From Candidatus Cloacimonadales bacterium (GTDB lineage: Bacteria; Cloacimonadota; Cloacimonadia; Cloacimonadales; JAIOQZ01), in the NCBI GenBank assembly GCA_963662655.2, contig CAXXTU010000002.1:3296001-3360000 (forward strand): 64,000 bases of DNA, read 5' to 3'. Shown here in pieces: positions 51,081 to 62,700 of the stretch. A program made the position numbers and the translations under genes. The number at the start of each line of letters is the position of its first letter. Position 1 is the first letter of the stretch. The notes beneath the pieces were generated by a model. The model made no database searches, was not told where the DNA came from, and worked only from the letters and a program-made list of their open reading frames with translations.

Positions 51081-52507
51081 ATGAGATACATTAGTCTATT
51101 ATTGGTAGCATTACTGATAGCATGCAGCCTGAAAGTGGGAGAAGAGCGGTTGGTCGGCCGCGACGGCGAGCGAGCCTTGCGAGAAGGAGCGGCCGCGCCG
51201 TTGTATGTGGGGGTATCGCTCCCGCAACAAACGGAGGCCGAAGCGCTGGAAAGCGCCATGCAGGATGCGCGTCGGCAGATCGTGGAGAGCCTTGGCATCG
51301 AAGTGTGCATCCAAACCCTCGAGTCAGGCGTGGACACCGTGCGCAACGGGATCGTCCACCATGTTCTCAATTCGGAAACGACCGCGAACTTCTACGCCAG
51401 AAACATCCTGCAGGTGGCGGCGGACAAGCGTTACGTGGAGAAGTGGGAGAAGCTGACGCAGGATGGGCTCCAGCGCTACTACAAAGCATGGGTCGGCGTA
51501 TCGTTCAGCGAGGATGAATTTCGCGCCCTCTGGAGAGAGACGATCAGAAAATTTTCCATGAAATTTCAGATGATGGAACCGCTCTCGAAATGGTCCCATC
51601 CAGCCCCCGCGTCAATATCTGATCTGTTTATTCTATACCAGTCGGTCCTGATGATCAAGCAAGAATTCCTTTCACAATACTGGATGATCCACCTGCCCGA
51701 GTATCAGCAATTCGAGAAGGAGAAAGGAAAGCTGGAGAATGTTATGCGTAACCTCATACCGCGCATCCGAATAGATTTCATAAAACAAGAGGGTACGCTG
51801 AGCGGCTTCCTCGAGTACGATATCTCGTTTGAGGATGAGCCGATTCCCGGGATGCCGGTGCGCGTGTTCTCCGAGAACTTCAAGCTCGATCGGGTGTTGT
51901 TCACGGATTCGGAAGGGAAACTAACGGTTCCCTACGCATTTGAAGATAACCGGGATGCCGAGATGCAGCTCGTTGCCGGATGCACGGACGGCCAGTCGGA
52001 CGTTGTGCAATTCCTGCCTGCAGTTAGGACAAGGTTCCCTTCGCCGCTCAATCATCGGAATATCACCATTCTGATCGATATCCAGACACAACCTGATAAC
52101 ACATGGTTCCAAACGGAGATGGAAAAGTTGCTGACCGGTGAAGGATACAGAATCGTTTATCATCAGGATTCCACCGGCGTCTCCTACCGGCTTCAGGGTG
52201 AATTCCGCGCTGCCGTGAGCGCTGCCTCTCCGACTCGGTTTTCGGGTACATTGCTGCGAGATCGACCTTGAATCTACGCCTCCTGGAAGGATCGCAGAAT
52301 CAGTCTTTGATGACCTTTCGCTTACCGAGCGAAGAGTTTCGCGACACGCGAGGGTTTGGGAAAACAGAGGATGAAGCGCGCCAGAACGCCCTGCAGCTCC
52401 GCAACATGCTGCTGCGTGAAGAAGCGCTTCACGAGATCGTAAGGCGCATCGGGCAGGCGATCGAGAATCAGCTTAGAAATCGGGCGCCAGCCACAGATAA
52501 TAGGTAG
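51081..52507 (+). CDS. Hypothetical lipoprotein (probable frameshift near 52240-52270)
   Basis: LLIAC lipobox; ORF 52268-52507 appears to continue it. Confidence 0.65.
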
Positions 52508-55494
52508 GCTTGGTGCTGTCGTGCAGATCCGTCTGCCAGGCGATATCGAGCTTGAAAATGAACCAGCCCAGCCTCCAGCGAGGCCCGAAACCGTAACCCA
52601 TCTTCATATCCTCCAGATCGTCGTCCACGATACCGTGATACCCTTCTTCGTCGTACCACACGCTTCCGAAATCGTAGAAAATGCTACCGCGCAACTCTCT
52701 GAACGCGATCGGTAGAGCGGAAGCTGATCTGGAAATAATCGATGATCGGGTAGCGCAGCTCGACGGAACCGAGGAACTTGCGATCACCCTCTATGTCGTC
52801 GCGTACACCACGCACGCCATTGTAGCCTCTGATGGAGAATATTCGCGGATCCTTACCCATGCTGGCTCCGGCAAGGAACCTGAATGCGAAGGCGTAACGC
52901 TTGTTGAATAGCAGATAGGTTCTGAGGTCGCCGTACGCGTTGAAATAGTCGTCTTCCTTGGAGAGACTCTTGTCCAGCGAGATTGCGCCGCGCCAGCCGG
53001 ATATCGGCCCCGTGTTGCTCCAAAGCGTGTTGTCCTGCACCATATCCACGCCCGTGGCGTAAACGGCTGCTTCCTCCGTGCTGAATTTCTTCCAGTCGCC
53101 TTCCGAAGAATCCTCCGTCTCGATATCGTAGTCCCAGTAGTAGCGCTCGCGCTCCCACTTGGAGATCGAGTTGTTGAAATCGAGGCGCCAGAATTTATTG
53201 AACGGGTAGCTGATAACGGTTTGCAGGCCGAAATCTCTCTCGGACACTTTCTCATCGTAATACCTGCCGGTCACGTCGTAAACACCGTCGATATAGATCG
53301 TTTCCGTGTTGTAGTAGAACGCGCCCGTACCCAGATCAACGCGATGCGGGAGGTAGTAGTACATAACGCCTACGCTGGAGTCGTCCAGATCTCCGGCCAG
53401 CGATAGCTGAACGCCGAATGCGTGATCGCCCATGAGATCGCTCATGCTGAACTGGAAGTAGCCGAACGCGCCATAAGACGAAGAATATGCCATCCCTCCC
53501 CAGAAACGATCCAGCGAAAACTTGAGGCGGAAGGGGCGCTGCTCGGGAACAACTGAAACGGTGTCCGGCTTCTCGTCGATCTTCATGTTGTGTTCCTTGA
53601 TGAGGCTGTCCTGCTCGCTGAAGTCGCTAAGGTCGATCTTGGTCACATTGCGATTGGAGAAATCGGGGCGCTCTCGCTTGAAGTCCCTTTTGCGGTTTCC
53701 GTACAACTCGTATCTTGAAATGTCGAACCGGCTATGGAAATCGTCGTGCAGCGTGACAGGCTGCGGTAGATGGTAATCGTAATATTCTAGATCCACAAGC
53801 GGATTGGATTGCGTGTAGATGTCCCAGCCATTCTTGAAGAAGCAGGAGAAAATCAGGTATTCGTCCGCGGAATTGAGGTCGCCGGTAAAGACGCCGCAAA
53901 GCGTGTGGGTAACCTGCGCTCGCTGTCCCGTCTCCAGTTCGATGGCGTCGAAATTGGCGATGTAATCCTTCTCGGATATGAAAAGCAGGTTCTCGCCTTT
54001 GCTCTCCCACAGGGGAGAGTGGTTCTCCCAGTTGTCGTCCGTAACCTGATAAAAGGCTTCTTCTTGCGTATCGTACAGGAAGATGTCCCGACCGAGGTTG
54101 TAGAACACGTGGCTCGAATCGGCGTGCGTCGTATCGCGGACGGTTCGCTCCGAGTAGAACGCGATCTTCGTTCCATCGGGCGACCACCGGGGCGAGCCGT
54201 CGTCGTAGCGATCGTGAGTGATCTGTTTCAGGTTCTTCGTGGCTGGATCGAAGATGTACAAATCGGTGGCCATCTCCTGCTGACCGGAGAAGACGTATTT
54301 CCCGTTCGCAGGCGAATAATCGAATTCATAGATGTTGTCGAGATTGGGGAATTCGTATTCCTCCGTTCTCTTGCCGGATTCGATGTTCATGACGTAGAGC
54401 TTGTCCCCGAAGGTCGATTTCGCGACAAACGCGAAACGTTCATCGTCCAGCCAGGAGACATTGTTGCGCAGGAAGTGGAATTCCTGGATGCTTCCCGTGG
54501 TCTCGCCTTCCACAATCAGGTTTTCCTTCTCGAGTTCGATCATCGAGCCCTGCCAGATTCCGGTCCGATAGTTGACATTGGCAAAATAGAGGAAGTTCTG
54601 CCCGTTTGGGGAGAAACGCGGCGCGTAGTTGAGGTACGACCCCGTCTTCTCATGATCCGAATGCTTCTCGAGAATCTCGAAGGGGAGCTTGAAATCTTCG
54701 ATCAGGGGATAATACTCACGCTTGAGCGCGATTTCCCAGCGAGCCTGGAGCTCCTCGAACTTCATCCCGAACGCCTTTTCCGTGGACGCGTCAGGGTCTC
54801 GTGCGATGCGAGCCGAGTGAAAGAATTTCATCACGGCTTCTCTTCCGTACACCTCAGATATCCATGTCAGGAACGCTTCTCCCATGCGATAGGCGTAGTA
54901 GCCGCCGATGTTGTTGATGGGGTAGAGGTAGTCGTTCAAGACCATGTCGATGATGAACATGTTGTTGTAGTTGTCTTTCCCGCCGATGGATTCGAACTCG
55001 GGAAGACCTTCGCTGAACCAGAAGGGGAGTCCCGCGCCGGTTCCAAGCATGCCCCCTCGGGAGACTGCGCCGACATACGCGTGCGTCAGTTCGTGGATCA
55101 AAACCTCTTCCAGCTTTCGGTAGCTGCCGTCAAACGGGACCACGACACGGTTTTTCTCGTATTCGGTGAACCCGCCGACGCCTTCGCTCAAGAGCGGGTA
55201 GATGATGTTGGTCGTCTCGAACTCGCTGTGGGATTCGTAGAAGATGATGGGAATGCGGTAGCGGATGGGTTCCTTGAAGTCCTGCTTCAGGTAGTAGTAG
55301 GCTTCTTCCGCCATCAGTGCGGCCGCTTTACCGAACTCCTCCGAGTCCTTCTTGAAATAGATGTCGAAGTGCATCGTCTCGATGACGGACCACTCCACTT
55401 TCTTTTTCTGAACCTTGTTCTTCCCGTAGTAAACGGGAAACAGCATGGCGCACACGAGCGAGAAAACGATGATGAGGGCGTATCTTTTTTTCAT
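52473..55494 (-). CDS. Peptidase-MA/TolB-like/Omp85 (BamA/TamA-type) surface protein (frameshift at ~52700)
   Basis: HELTH...WFSEG, PD40 repeats, ELRYP; barrel end GYGFGPR...LAPDF in ORF 52473-52787. Confidence 0.85.
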
Positions 55495-56396
55495 TAGAAC
55501 ACACTGAATTCAAAGTATTTTTTCGGATGGGCCTTCACGTCTTCCAGCAGGGAATCGATCTCCGTGACGGCCTCAACCATCTGGTTATAGAGTTCTCTTT
55601 CGTTGAGGAGGTTCGAGACGGTATTGTCTCCCTCTTCGATATTGGCGGATATCCTGTCGAACCGCGCCACGAGCGTATCGAGCTTCGTGAAAAGCACACG
55701 TGCTTCCTGCGTGGCTCCATTCAGGTTGTCCAGTGTATCGTGAATCGGTTTCTCATTGTCGTCCAGGATACGGTTAATCTTCCCGAACGCACCGGAAGCG
55801 CTTTCAACTGCTGTACCCAGCGGTGCGCGATTCTCATCGATCATCTCGTTCAGGTTTGTGAGCATCGTCTTCGCGGTATCGGCCAGCGCGGCGAAGTCGT
55901 CGATGATGCCGTCCGAATCTCCCACGCGGGAGACGATGCCGTCGAGCTTGGCCACCAGATCGTCGATCCGGGCGAACACACCGGTGATTCCGGCATCGGT
56001 CTGGCCGGTGAATGTCTGTGCGAGGTCGAGTTGTTTCTCACCTCTTCCCGGGCGGATATCGATCCGCTTTCCGCCCATCAGGTTCGATTCGTGCAGGCGG
56101 AAGATCGTGCCTTCTTTCAGCGGGAAATCGAGATGAACCTGGAGCGTTATCATCACACCGTCCTCTTCGACCTTCATCGACTTGATCCTGCCGATTTCCA
56201 TGCCGTTCATGGTCACGGTCTCGCCCGGCTTGATGTTGTTCGCGTTCTCGAACATCACAAGAACATCGGTGAAGTTACGCATTTCAAGATACTGTTTCAG
56301 CCAGGAATAGCCCAGCACAAGGATCAGGATCGAGACGACGGTGATAATTCCCACCTTGATCTCGATCGACCGTTTATCACGGTAGTATTTCTCCAT
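55494..56396 (-). CDS. MlaD/MCE family protein
   Basis: EIKVG + TM, V.MNGMEIGRI, LMGGKRIDI.PG, HPKKY. Confidence 0.9.
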   Translation of the reverse strand: MEKYYRDKRSIEIKVGIITVVSILILVLGYSWLKQYLEMRNFTDVLVMFENANNIKPGETVTMNGMEIGRIKSMKVEEDGVMITLQVHLDFPLKEGTIFRLHESNLMGGKRIDIRPGRGEKQLDLAQTFTGQTDAGITGVFARIDDLVAKLDGIVSRVGDSDGIIDDFAALADTAKTMLTNLNEMIDENRAPLGTAVESASGAFGKINRILDDNEKPIHDTLDNLNGATQEARVLFTKLDTLVARFDRISANIEEGDNTVSNLLNERELYNQMVEAVTEIDSLLEDVKAHPKKYFEFSVF

Positions 56397-56416
56397 ACAT
56401 CATTCTCCGCGGAGGC

Positions 56417-57463
56417 TTACATTCTTTCCGACAGCCAGCGATTCCATATCCTGCGAAAAACCGTCGGCAGCGCGAGCCGCTCCACTTCCTCCGGCGAAAA
56501 CCAGTTCAGTTGGTTGTCGCACGGAAGCGTCTCCGCCTCGCATTCGAAAATCTCCATCTGCCACTTCAGATGGGTGAAGGTGTGGGTCGTTTCGAATCGT
56601 TTGCGAATCGATCTCGCTTCAATACGAAATCGTTCAGCGATTTCCGAAGCGAGATTTCCCTCGAACAGCGGAAATCCCCACATGGATGCCAGTAAACCAT
56701 TCGGGTCTCGTTTGACCATTAAAATTTTATCGTTTCTGCAAATTACCGCCACTTTCAGATGTACGACTGGCAGCGCGGCTCTCTTCGCCTTGAGGGGAAA
56801 AAGCGATTGCCGGCCTTCTTTCTTGCTCCGGCACTGATTTGTAAGGGGGCACGCGTCGCACTTCGGATTCAGGGGCAGGCATACGAGCGCTCCCAGCTCC
56901 ATCAGCGCCTGAACAAAGTTTCCAACCTCTTTGGAATCCTCGGGAAGCAAAGCTTCAGCGATCTCCTTGATACGCCTCTTGTCTTTCTGCGACTTTCCGT
57001 CTGTCTCGACGCAGAAGAGGCGGGAAATAACCCGCACGATGTTGCCGTCAACCGGCGCCGTCCTTTCTCCGAATGCGATAGACGCGACGGCCGAAGCAGT
57101 GTAATCTCCGAATCCGGGAAGCTTCCCGAGCGATTTGATGTCGTTAGGGAGAGTCCCTTGAAAGTCTTCAGCGATGACCTTCGCCGCTTTGTGCAGGTTC
57201 ATTGCGCGGCGGTAGTAGCCCAGGCCTTCCCACGCCTTGAGAACCTCGTCCTGCGTGGCACCGGCGAGCGTCTCGACATCCGGGAATCGATCCAGAAAAC
57301 GATCGTAGTAATCGAGCACTGTCTGCACGCGGGTTTGCTGGAGCATGATCTCGGATACCCAGACGCGATACGGATCGCTCGTCCTGCGCCAGGGGAGGTT
57401 TCGCTTGCTTGCGGCGTACCAGCTTAAAAGCGCTGCGGTGATGGCTTGATCTTGCGCCGACAT
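56417..57463 (-). CDS. mutY: A/G-specific adenine glycosylase
   Basis: LPWR, VSEIMLQQT, WEGLGYY, VDGNIVRV, 4Fe-4S Cys cluster; start ATG 57463. Confidence 0.95.
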   Translation of the reverse strand: MSAQDQAITAALLSWYAASKRNLPWRRTSDPYRVWVSEIMLQQTRVQTVLDYYDRFLDRFPDVETLAGATQDEVLKAWEGLGYYRRAMNLHKAAKVIAEDFQGTLPNDIKSLGKLPGFGDYTASAVASIAFGERTAPVDGNIVRVISRLFCVETDGKSQKDKRRIKEIAEALLPEDSKEVGNFVQALMELGALVCLPLNPKCDACPLTNQCRSKKEGRQSLFPLKAKRAALPVVHLKVAVICRNDKILMVKRDPNGLLASMWGFPLFEGNLASEIAERFRIEARSIRKRFETTHTFTHLKWQMEIFECEAETLPCDNQLNWFSPEEVERLALPTVFRRIWNRWLSERM

Positions 57464-58719
57464 CAATTCCCGCAGCGATCGTAAATGAGCTTGCCTTTCT
57501 TGAAAACTTTCATCACGTCGCTGGAACCGAAGTGGTAGGGCAAATAGCGGTAGGAAGGCATGTCCATAACGAGAACGTCCGCCTGTTTCCCGACTTCGAT
57601 CGATCCGGTGACGTCCCCCATTTCCAGCGAATGCGCCGCGTTGATCGTCGCTGCGGTGATCGCCTCCGCGACGCTCATCTTCATTTGCAGGGTGGCGATG
57701 GTGATGATCATGGGTATGCTGTCGCAATTGCAGCTCCCGGGATTGTAGTCGGTTGCCAGGGCGACCGGCAGGCCCTCCTCGATCATCTTCCGCGCCCGTG
57801 CATAGGACTTCATTCCCAAACTGAAGATGGTTCCGGGTAGCACGACAGCGATGACTCCCGCGTCCCGCATGGCGCGGATGCCCTCGTCGGACGCCGCACC
57901 GAGATGATCGGCCGAGACGGCCCCCATCTCTGCCGCGAGCTCTGCGCCGCCGATCGGTTCGATCTCGTCGGCGTGCATGCGGATGTGGAAACCGAGTTTC
58001 TTCGCGTGAGTCAGGACATCGCGGGATTCTTCGATGGAATAGACGTGATCCTCAGTGAAAATGTCGCAATACGTTGCCAGATTCTCCTCCGCGACCTTCG
58101 GCATCATCTCTTCCTTGAGTATGCGGATGTATTCGGCGTGGTTGTCCTTATATTCCACCGGGAACTCGTGCGCGCCCATGAAGGTGGCGACGATCTCGAT
58201 GGGGAGTTCCTGCTGCAATCGTTTGATTACGCGCAGCATCTTGAGTTCGCTTTCGGTCGAGAGTCCGTACCCGCTTTTTGCTTCCAGCGTTGTCGTACCG
58301 CAGCTTATCATTCGCTTGATGCGCTTGAGAGAGAGCTCGTAAAGCTCGTCCTCGCTCGCTTCGCGAACGGCTGCGATGCTGGAACGGATTCCGCCGCCGC
58401 TCAGGGATATCTCCACGTAGCTTTTCCCCTGAATGCGCATCTCGAACTCGTTTTCACGCGTGTTGACAAACACCGGATGCGTATGCGGATCGACGAATCC
58501 CGGCATGACGATTTGATTCTGCGCGTCGAAGACATCGCCTTCCCAGTCCCTGAGAATCTCTTCAGTGGTGCCAACGGCTGCGATGAGCCCGTCTTTGATC
58601 GCGATCGCCCCTTGATTCACAATCGCCAGGTCGTTCATCTCGTCGCCCTTTCGCGGCGACCTGCTTCCCTTTAGGGTGAGAAGCTCTTTTGCATTTATAA
58701 TGAGTAGGTCAGCTTGCAT
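57463..58719 (-). CDS. hutI: Imidazolonepropionase
   Basis: PGFVDPHTH, EAKSGYGL, MHADE, SADHL, ATDYNPG. Confidence 0.95.
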   Translation of the reverse strand: MQADLLIINAKELLTLKGSRSPRKGDEMNDLAIVNQGAIAIKDGLIAAVGTTEEILRDWEGDVFDAQNQIVMPGFVDPHTHPVFVNTRENEFEMRIQGKSYVEISLSGGGIRSSIAAVREASEDELYELSLKRIKRMISCGTTTLEAKSGYGLSTESELKMLRVIKRLQQELPIEIVATFMGAHEFPVEYKDNHAEYIRILKEEMMPKVAEENLATYCDIFTEDHVYSIEESRDVLTHAKKLGFHIRMHADEIEPIGGAELAAEMGAVSADHLGAASDEGIRAMRDAGVIAVVLPGTIFSLGMKSYARARKMIEEGLPVALATDYNPGSCNCDSIPMIITIATLQMKMSVAEAITAATINAAHSLEMGDVTGSIEVGKQADVLVMDMPSYRYLPYHFGSSDVMKVFKKGKLIYDRCGN

Positions 58720-58894
58720 GTTCACTCCTGATTTCGTTTCTTTCCAGCTTACTGAAAGGGGATGATTCTTTCAAGGATTTTTTCCAGGTATTGAGTCGGC
58801 AGGATAAGTTTACAAAAATTAAACATTAAAATGTTTGGCTTTCACGAATTCCTATTCAGATTATATCATGTATTGAAAAACACAGGTGGTTGCC

Positions 58895-59356
58895 ATGGAG
58901 TATGAATTGATCATTGGAAACAGACTTTCCGAGATAGGCAGAATTCATCGGTTTATCGAGAATCTGGAATTGTCGCATAGGACTTGCTTCAATCTGACCC
59001 TGATCATGGACGAGGTTTTATCCAATATCGTAAATTATGGTTTTGATGACGAAGAAGAGCACATGATTCGCATCAAGATATCTTCCGCGCCGGGAGAGAT
59101 AAAGTTGTTATTCGTAGATGACGGAATAGGTTTCAATCCTCTGGAGATGCCGGAGCCGAATCTTGATTTACCCATCGAGAAGCGTCCAGCCGGCGGCTTG
59201 GGAATATTTATTGTCAGAAAACTTTCGCAAACGATGGAATACATTCGCAAGGACGACGCAAACCATTTAAGGGTCGTGCTGTCTTGCGAGCCGGATTTTC
59301 GCAGAATGACTTTCAAGGGCGTCCATCGCTTATCCAACGACTACGTTACGCTTTAA
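58895..59356 (+). CDS. Anti-sigma factor/RsbW-like ATP-binding protein
   Basis: EVLSNIVNYG, DDGIGFNP, GGLGIFIV. Confidence 0.88.
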   Translation: MEYELIIGNRLSEIGRIHRFIENLELSHRTCFNLTLIMDEVLSNIVNYGFDDEEEHMIRIKISSAPGEIKLLFVDDGIGFNPLEMPEPNLDLPIEKRPAGGLGIFIVRKLSQTMEYIRKDDANHLRVVLSCEPDFRRMTFKGVHRLSNDYVTL

Positions 59357-59370
59357 GAAAGAACGAATAT

Positions 59371-59405
59371 GAAAAACCGCCCCTCAAACGAGAGGCGGTT
59401 TTTTT
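59371..59405. terminator. Bidirectional terminator
   Basis: AAAAACCGCC...GGCGGTTTTTTT. Confidence 0.8.
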
Positions 59406-59422
59406 ATTATGTGCCGTGACCT

Positions 59423-60709
59423 TTACTTGATCAGCACGGCCTTACGAATGGACGTGAAGCCAGTCGATTGCATGTGGATCATGTAAATTCCTGAAGCCTG
59501 GCTGGCTGCATTCCAGGTGACGGAATTTGAACCCTTGTGCCCGTCGTGGGTGATGGTTTCAACCAATTGACCCTTCAGGTTGTAAACCTTGAAAGTAACG
59601 GTTTCGTCCTCGGGTATTGTGTAGGAGAACTTGGTTTCGGGATTGAACGGGTTTGGATAGACCGATTCGAAGTTCGTCACGATGTCTCCCGGGTCGGGCG
59701 TATCGCCTTCGCCGCCACTGAGAACGGTTGCGGTCACAGGACCGTGGAACTGTGTTTCTCCGCTCATTTCAACGCTTTCCAGCCAGTAGTGGTATGTGCA
59801 ATCGCACTCGACCTCGGCATCCGTATAGCTGTACTTGCTTTGGGCTGTCGTGTTGTTGGCCGGGATGTAGCTGGTGTTGATGGGTATTGCCTGGCTGAGG
59901 TTGCTCGATGTGTTGCGAAGCACGTTGTAGCCAAGGAGGTCGCTTTCGGACTCGGTAATCCAGTTTAGCTGAACCAGGTTGCTTTGCGTAACTGCCGCCG
60001 CGAAGCTGGAGAGCTCGACAGGGCAGGTTTCTTCGTCGCAACCGCAAAGCGAGAACGCGAGGTTGATCGTCGGATCGTAAATGCCGATTTCGACGACTTG
60101 ATGTTGCAGGTTGGTCGTGTGATAATACACAGCGCTGTCCTGGAAGTCATCCATCGAAGTTTTCCAACCACAGGTTCCATCCAGGGCGTTTACCTGGATC
60201 ACAAGCCAGTAGATTGTGCCGCCGATGGCGTGGAAGGGCGTTGCCACATCCGAGATGTACTGGTAGGCTTCGCAGTCCCCGCAATTCACTTCGTAGTACG
60301 AGAAGTGATCGTTGGGAGTGTAGGTGCCGGTCATCGGATCGAAGAATGCCTGAGCACCGGCAAGTGGGCCGTCGATTGAAGTTACGCCGTCTCCAGGGAA
60401 GAATGCATGGTTTCAAAGCATGGAACCAGGGTGGCTCCATGGAAGGTCCACGCCGGCGGGTACATCGCTCCAGATGCTTACATCGATAGAGGTGATATCG
60501 CCAACGACATCGCCTTGCCAGGACAGGAAGAAATGAATCGCGCAGATATACGTGTTATCTGGCACTAGCCAGTCGTCGCCAACGGCGGTGGTTTCGAATT
60601 CAATATCCACACCGTTGGCGTATGGACTTTGGTTCCATACCTCCTGGCACGTTTGACAGAATAGTGTCGAAAGACTCAACACGAAAACAATGATTAGTAT
60701 CTTTTTCAT
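59423..60709 (-). CDS. Secreted protein with C-terminal secretion domain, paralog 1 (frameshift at ~60410)
   Basis: ORFs 60413-60709 and 59423-60334 together align with 61105-62397. Confidence 0.8.
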
Positions 60710-61056
60710 GATACTTCTCCTTGCCGCAAAGGAGCGGCATTGTGTTTCAGTTATCGGCCAACATTATAGGGGGAATAACATAAGTTAACCATTGCAGAAT
60801 CCCTAAATTATTAGAATAAGGCTCACTATGGTTTAGTGATCTTGGGGTATTTAAACAAAGTGGGGGGCGGATGTCAAGGAAATTAATAAAAATTGGGCAT
60901 TAATATTAGTGGTATGTAAGTTAATCATCCACAAAGCATTTCTGCAAGCGGATTGAAGACTCATTCATTTGTGAATTCATATGTTTCCTATAGTTAATTT
61001 GGGCGAAACGATCATTTTCGATGAAGGAGAAGCGAGTGTGTTTTTTGAGATATCGG

Positions 61057-61088
61057 AAAAAAAAGCACCGGGTGCACCGGTGCTTTTT
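61057..61088. terminator. Intrinsic terminator
   Basis: AAAAAAAAGCACCGG-GTGCA-CCGGTGCTTTTT. Confidence 0.8.
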
Positions 61089-61104
61089 AATAGAAGCTGG
61101 ATTG

Positions 61105-62397
61105 TTACTTGATCAGCACTGCCTTGTGCATGGATTCGAATCCAGCGGCCTTCATGTGGATCATGTAAACGCCGGAAGCTTGATCTGAAGCGTTCCAGCC
61201 AACGGTGTTGCTGCCCTTCTTGCCTTGATGGGTGATGGTATCGACCAACTGCCCCTTCAGGTTGTAGACATCGAATGTAACGATTCCGTCCTTTGTGAGT
61301 GTGTAGCTGAAGGATGTGTTCGGGTTGAACGGGTTTGGATAAACCGAGTCGAACATCGTTACGATTTCAGCCGGATCGGGTGTGTCTTCTCCGGTTTCAT
61401 CGATGACGGTAACGCTCACGGGACCGTGGAACTGCGTCGCTCCGCTCATTTCCACGCTTTCCAGCCAGTAGTAATACGTGCAATCGCATTCGACTTCGGG
61501 ATCAATGTACGAATACTGGCTCTGCGATGCCGAGTTGTTCGCGTTGATGTATTCGGCGTTGATGGATATTGCCTCGTTGAGGTTGTTTGTCGTATTGCGG
61601 AGTACGTTATAGCCCAGGAGGTCGCTTTCGGATTCCGTTGTCCAGTTGATTTGAACGAAATTGCTTTGTGTTACCGCTGCATCGAAGCTGGAGAGTTCGA
61701 CAGGGCAGGTTTGATCACTACATCCGCAAAGTGAGAACGCGAGATGAATGCTCGGGTCGTAAGCCGGAATCGATATGGGTTGCCACATGGCGGTGGTCAC
61801 GTTGTCGAAGTACACGGCGTCGTCCATGAAGTCAACCGGGGAAGTCTTCCAGCCGCAGTTTTCTGGCGTAACAGCTATGTTTACCACTAACCAGTAAATC
61901 ACACCCGCCTGTGCGTGAAAGGGCGTAAAGAGATCCGAGATGTACTGCCCGGTTTCGCAATTGCCGCAGTTCACCCGATAGTAGTTGAGGTGATCTGCCG
62001 GATAGAAGTTGTCATTAAGGGGATTGTAGAAACTCTGCAATCCCGCTTCAGGAGGATCGATGGTAGTAATTCCATCGCCGACGATGAACACTTCAGTCCA
62101 GATGTTGTCTCCTGGATGGCTGTAAGGAATCCCTCCGGTTCCGGCTGGGACATCTTCGTTGATGCTTACGGAGATGAACAGGATTTCGCCGACAATGTCT
62201 TCCTGCCATGACAGCCAGAAATGGACAGCGCAGATATAGGTGTCTTCCGCTACAGACCAGTCATCCGCGATATCTGTACCGGTACATTGAATATCCACGC
62301 CACTCGGATCCGGTGGTTGCAGCCACACTTCCTGGCAAGTTTGTGAGAATAACGAGAGAGCGCTTAAAACAAAAAGAAAAAGCATGATTTTTTTCAT
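61105..62397 (-). CDS. Secreted protein with C-terminal secretion domain, paralog 2
   Basis: Signal peptide; ADDW..ICAVHFWLSW; PVELSSF; VYPNPFNP. Confidence 0.88.
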   Translation of the reverse strand: MKKIMLFLFVLSALSLFSQTCQEVWLQPPDPSGVDIQCTGTDIADDWSVAEDTYICAVHFWLSWQEDIVGEILFISVSINEDVPAGTGGIPYSHPGDNIWTEVFIVGDGITTIDPPEAGLQSFYNPLNDNFYPADHLNYYRVNCGNCETGQYISDLFTPFHAQAGVIYWLVVNIAVTPENCGWKTSPVDFMDDAVYFDNVTTAMWQPISIPAYDPSIHLAFSLCGCSDQTCPVELSSFDAAVTQSNFVQINWTTESESDLLGYNVLRNTTNNLNEAISINAEYINANNSASQSQYSYIDPEVECDCTYYYWLESVEMSGATQFHGPVSVTVIDETGEDTPDPAEIVTMFDSVYPNPFNPNTSFSYTLTKDGIVTFDVYNLKGQLVDTITHQGKKGSNTVGWNASDQASGVYMIHMKAAGFESMHKAVLIK

Positions 62398-62700
62398 TGT
62401 AATCTCCTTGTGTATAAGAAGGTGGAACAGGGTATTTTCTATGTTTGATAATGAATGTTACAATCTTGAATCCTGAAAATCGAAGTATCAGATCACGTTA
62501 TTTTTGTTGTGACAGATTTCTTCACCCCAAATCATTCACGAATACATTATATTTAGCGAATGAGTGTTGTCAATATTTTTTATAGCAATATAATAGATGA
62601 ATCTGAATGAATGGTGTGCATTCTTGTTATTGGCGGATGTAATGAAAAAATCGGCAGGAAAAATTCCTGCCGATCCTTGTGCAAAATCTTACAAATGCAA

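Noticed and set aside
49630..60420. Frameshifts in RNase G (~49640), rpmA (~50485), lipoprotein (~52250), Omp85 protein (~52700) and secreted paralog (~60410) as programmed recoding or pseudogenes
   Set aside because: Scattered small indels, including in a ribosomal protein and a tRNA stem, are best explained by long-read assembly errors
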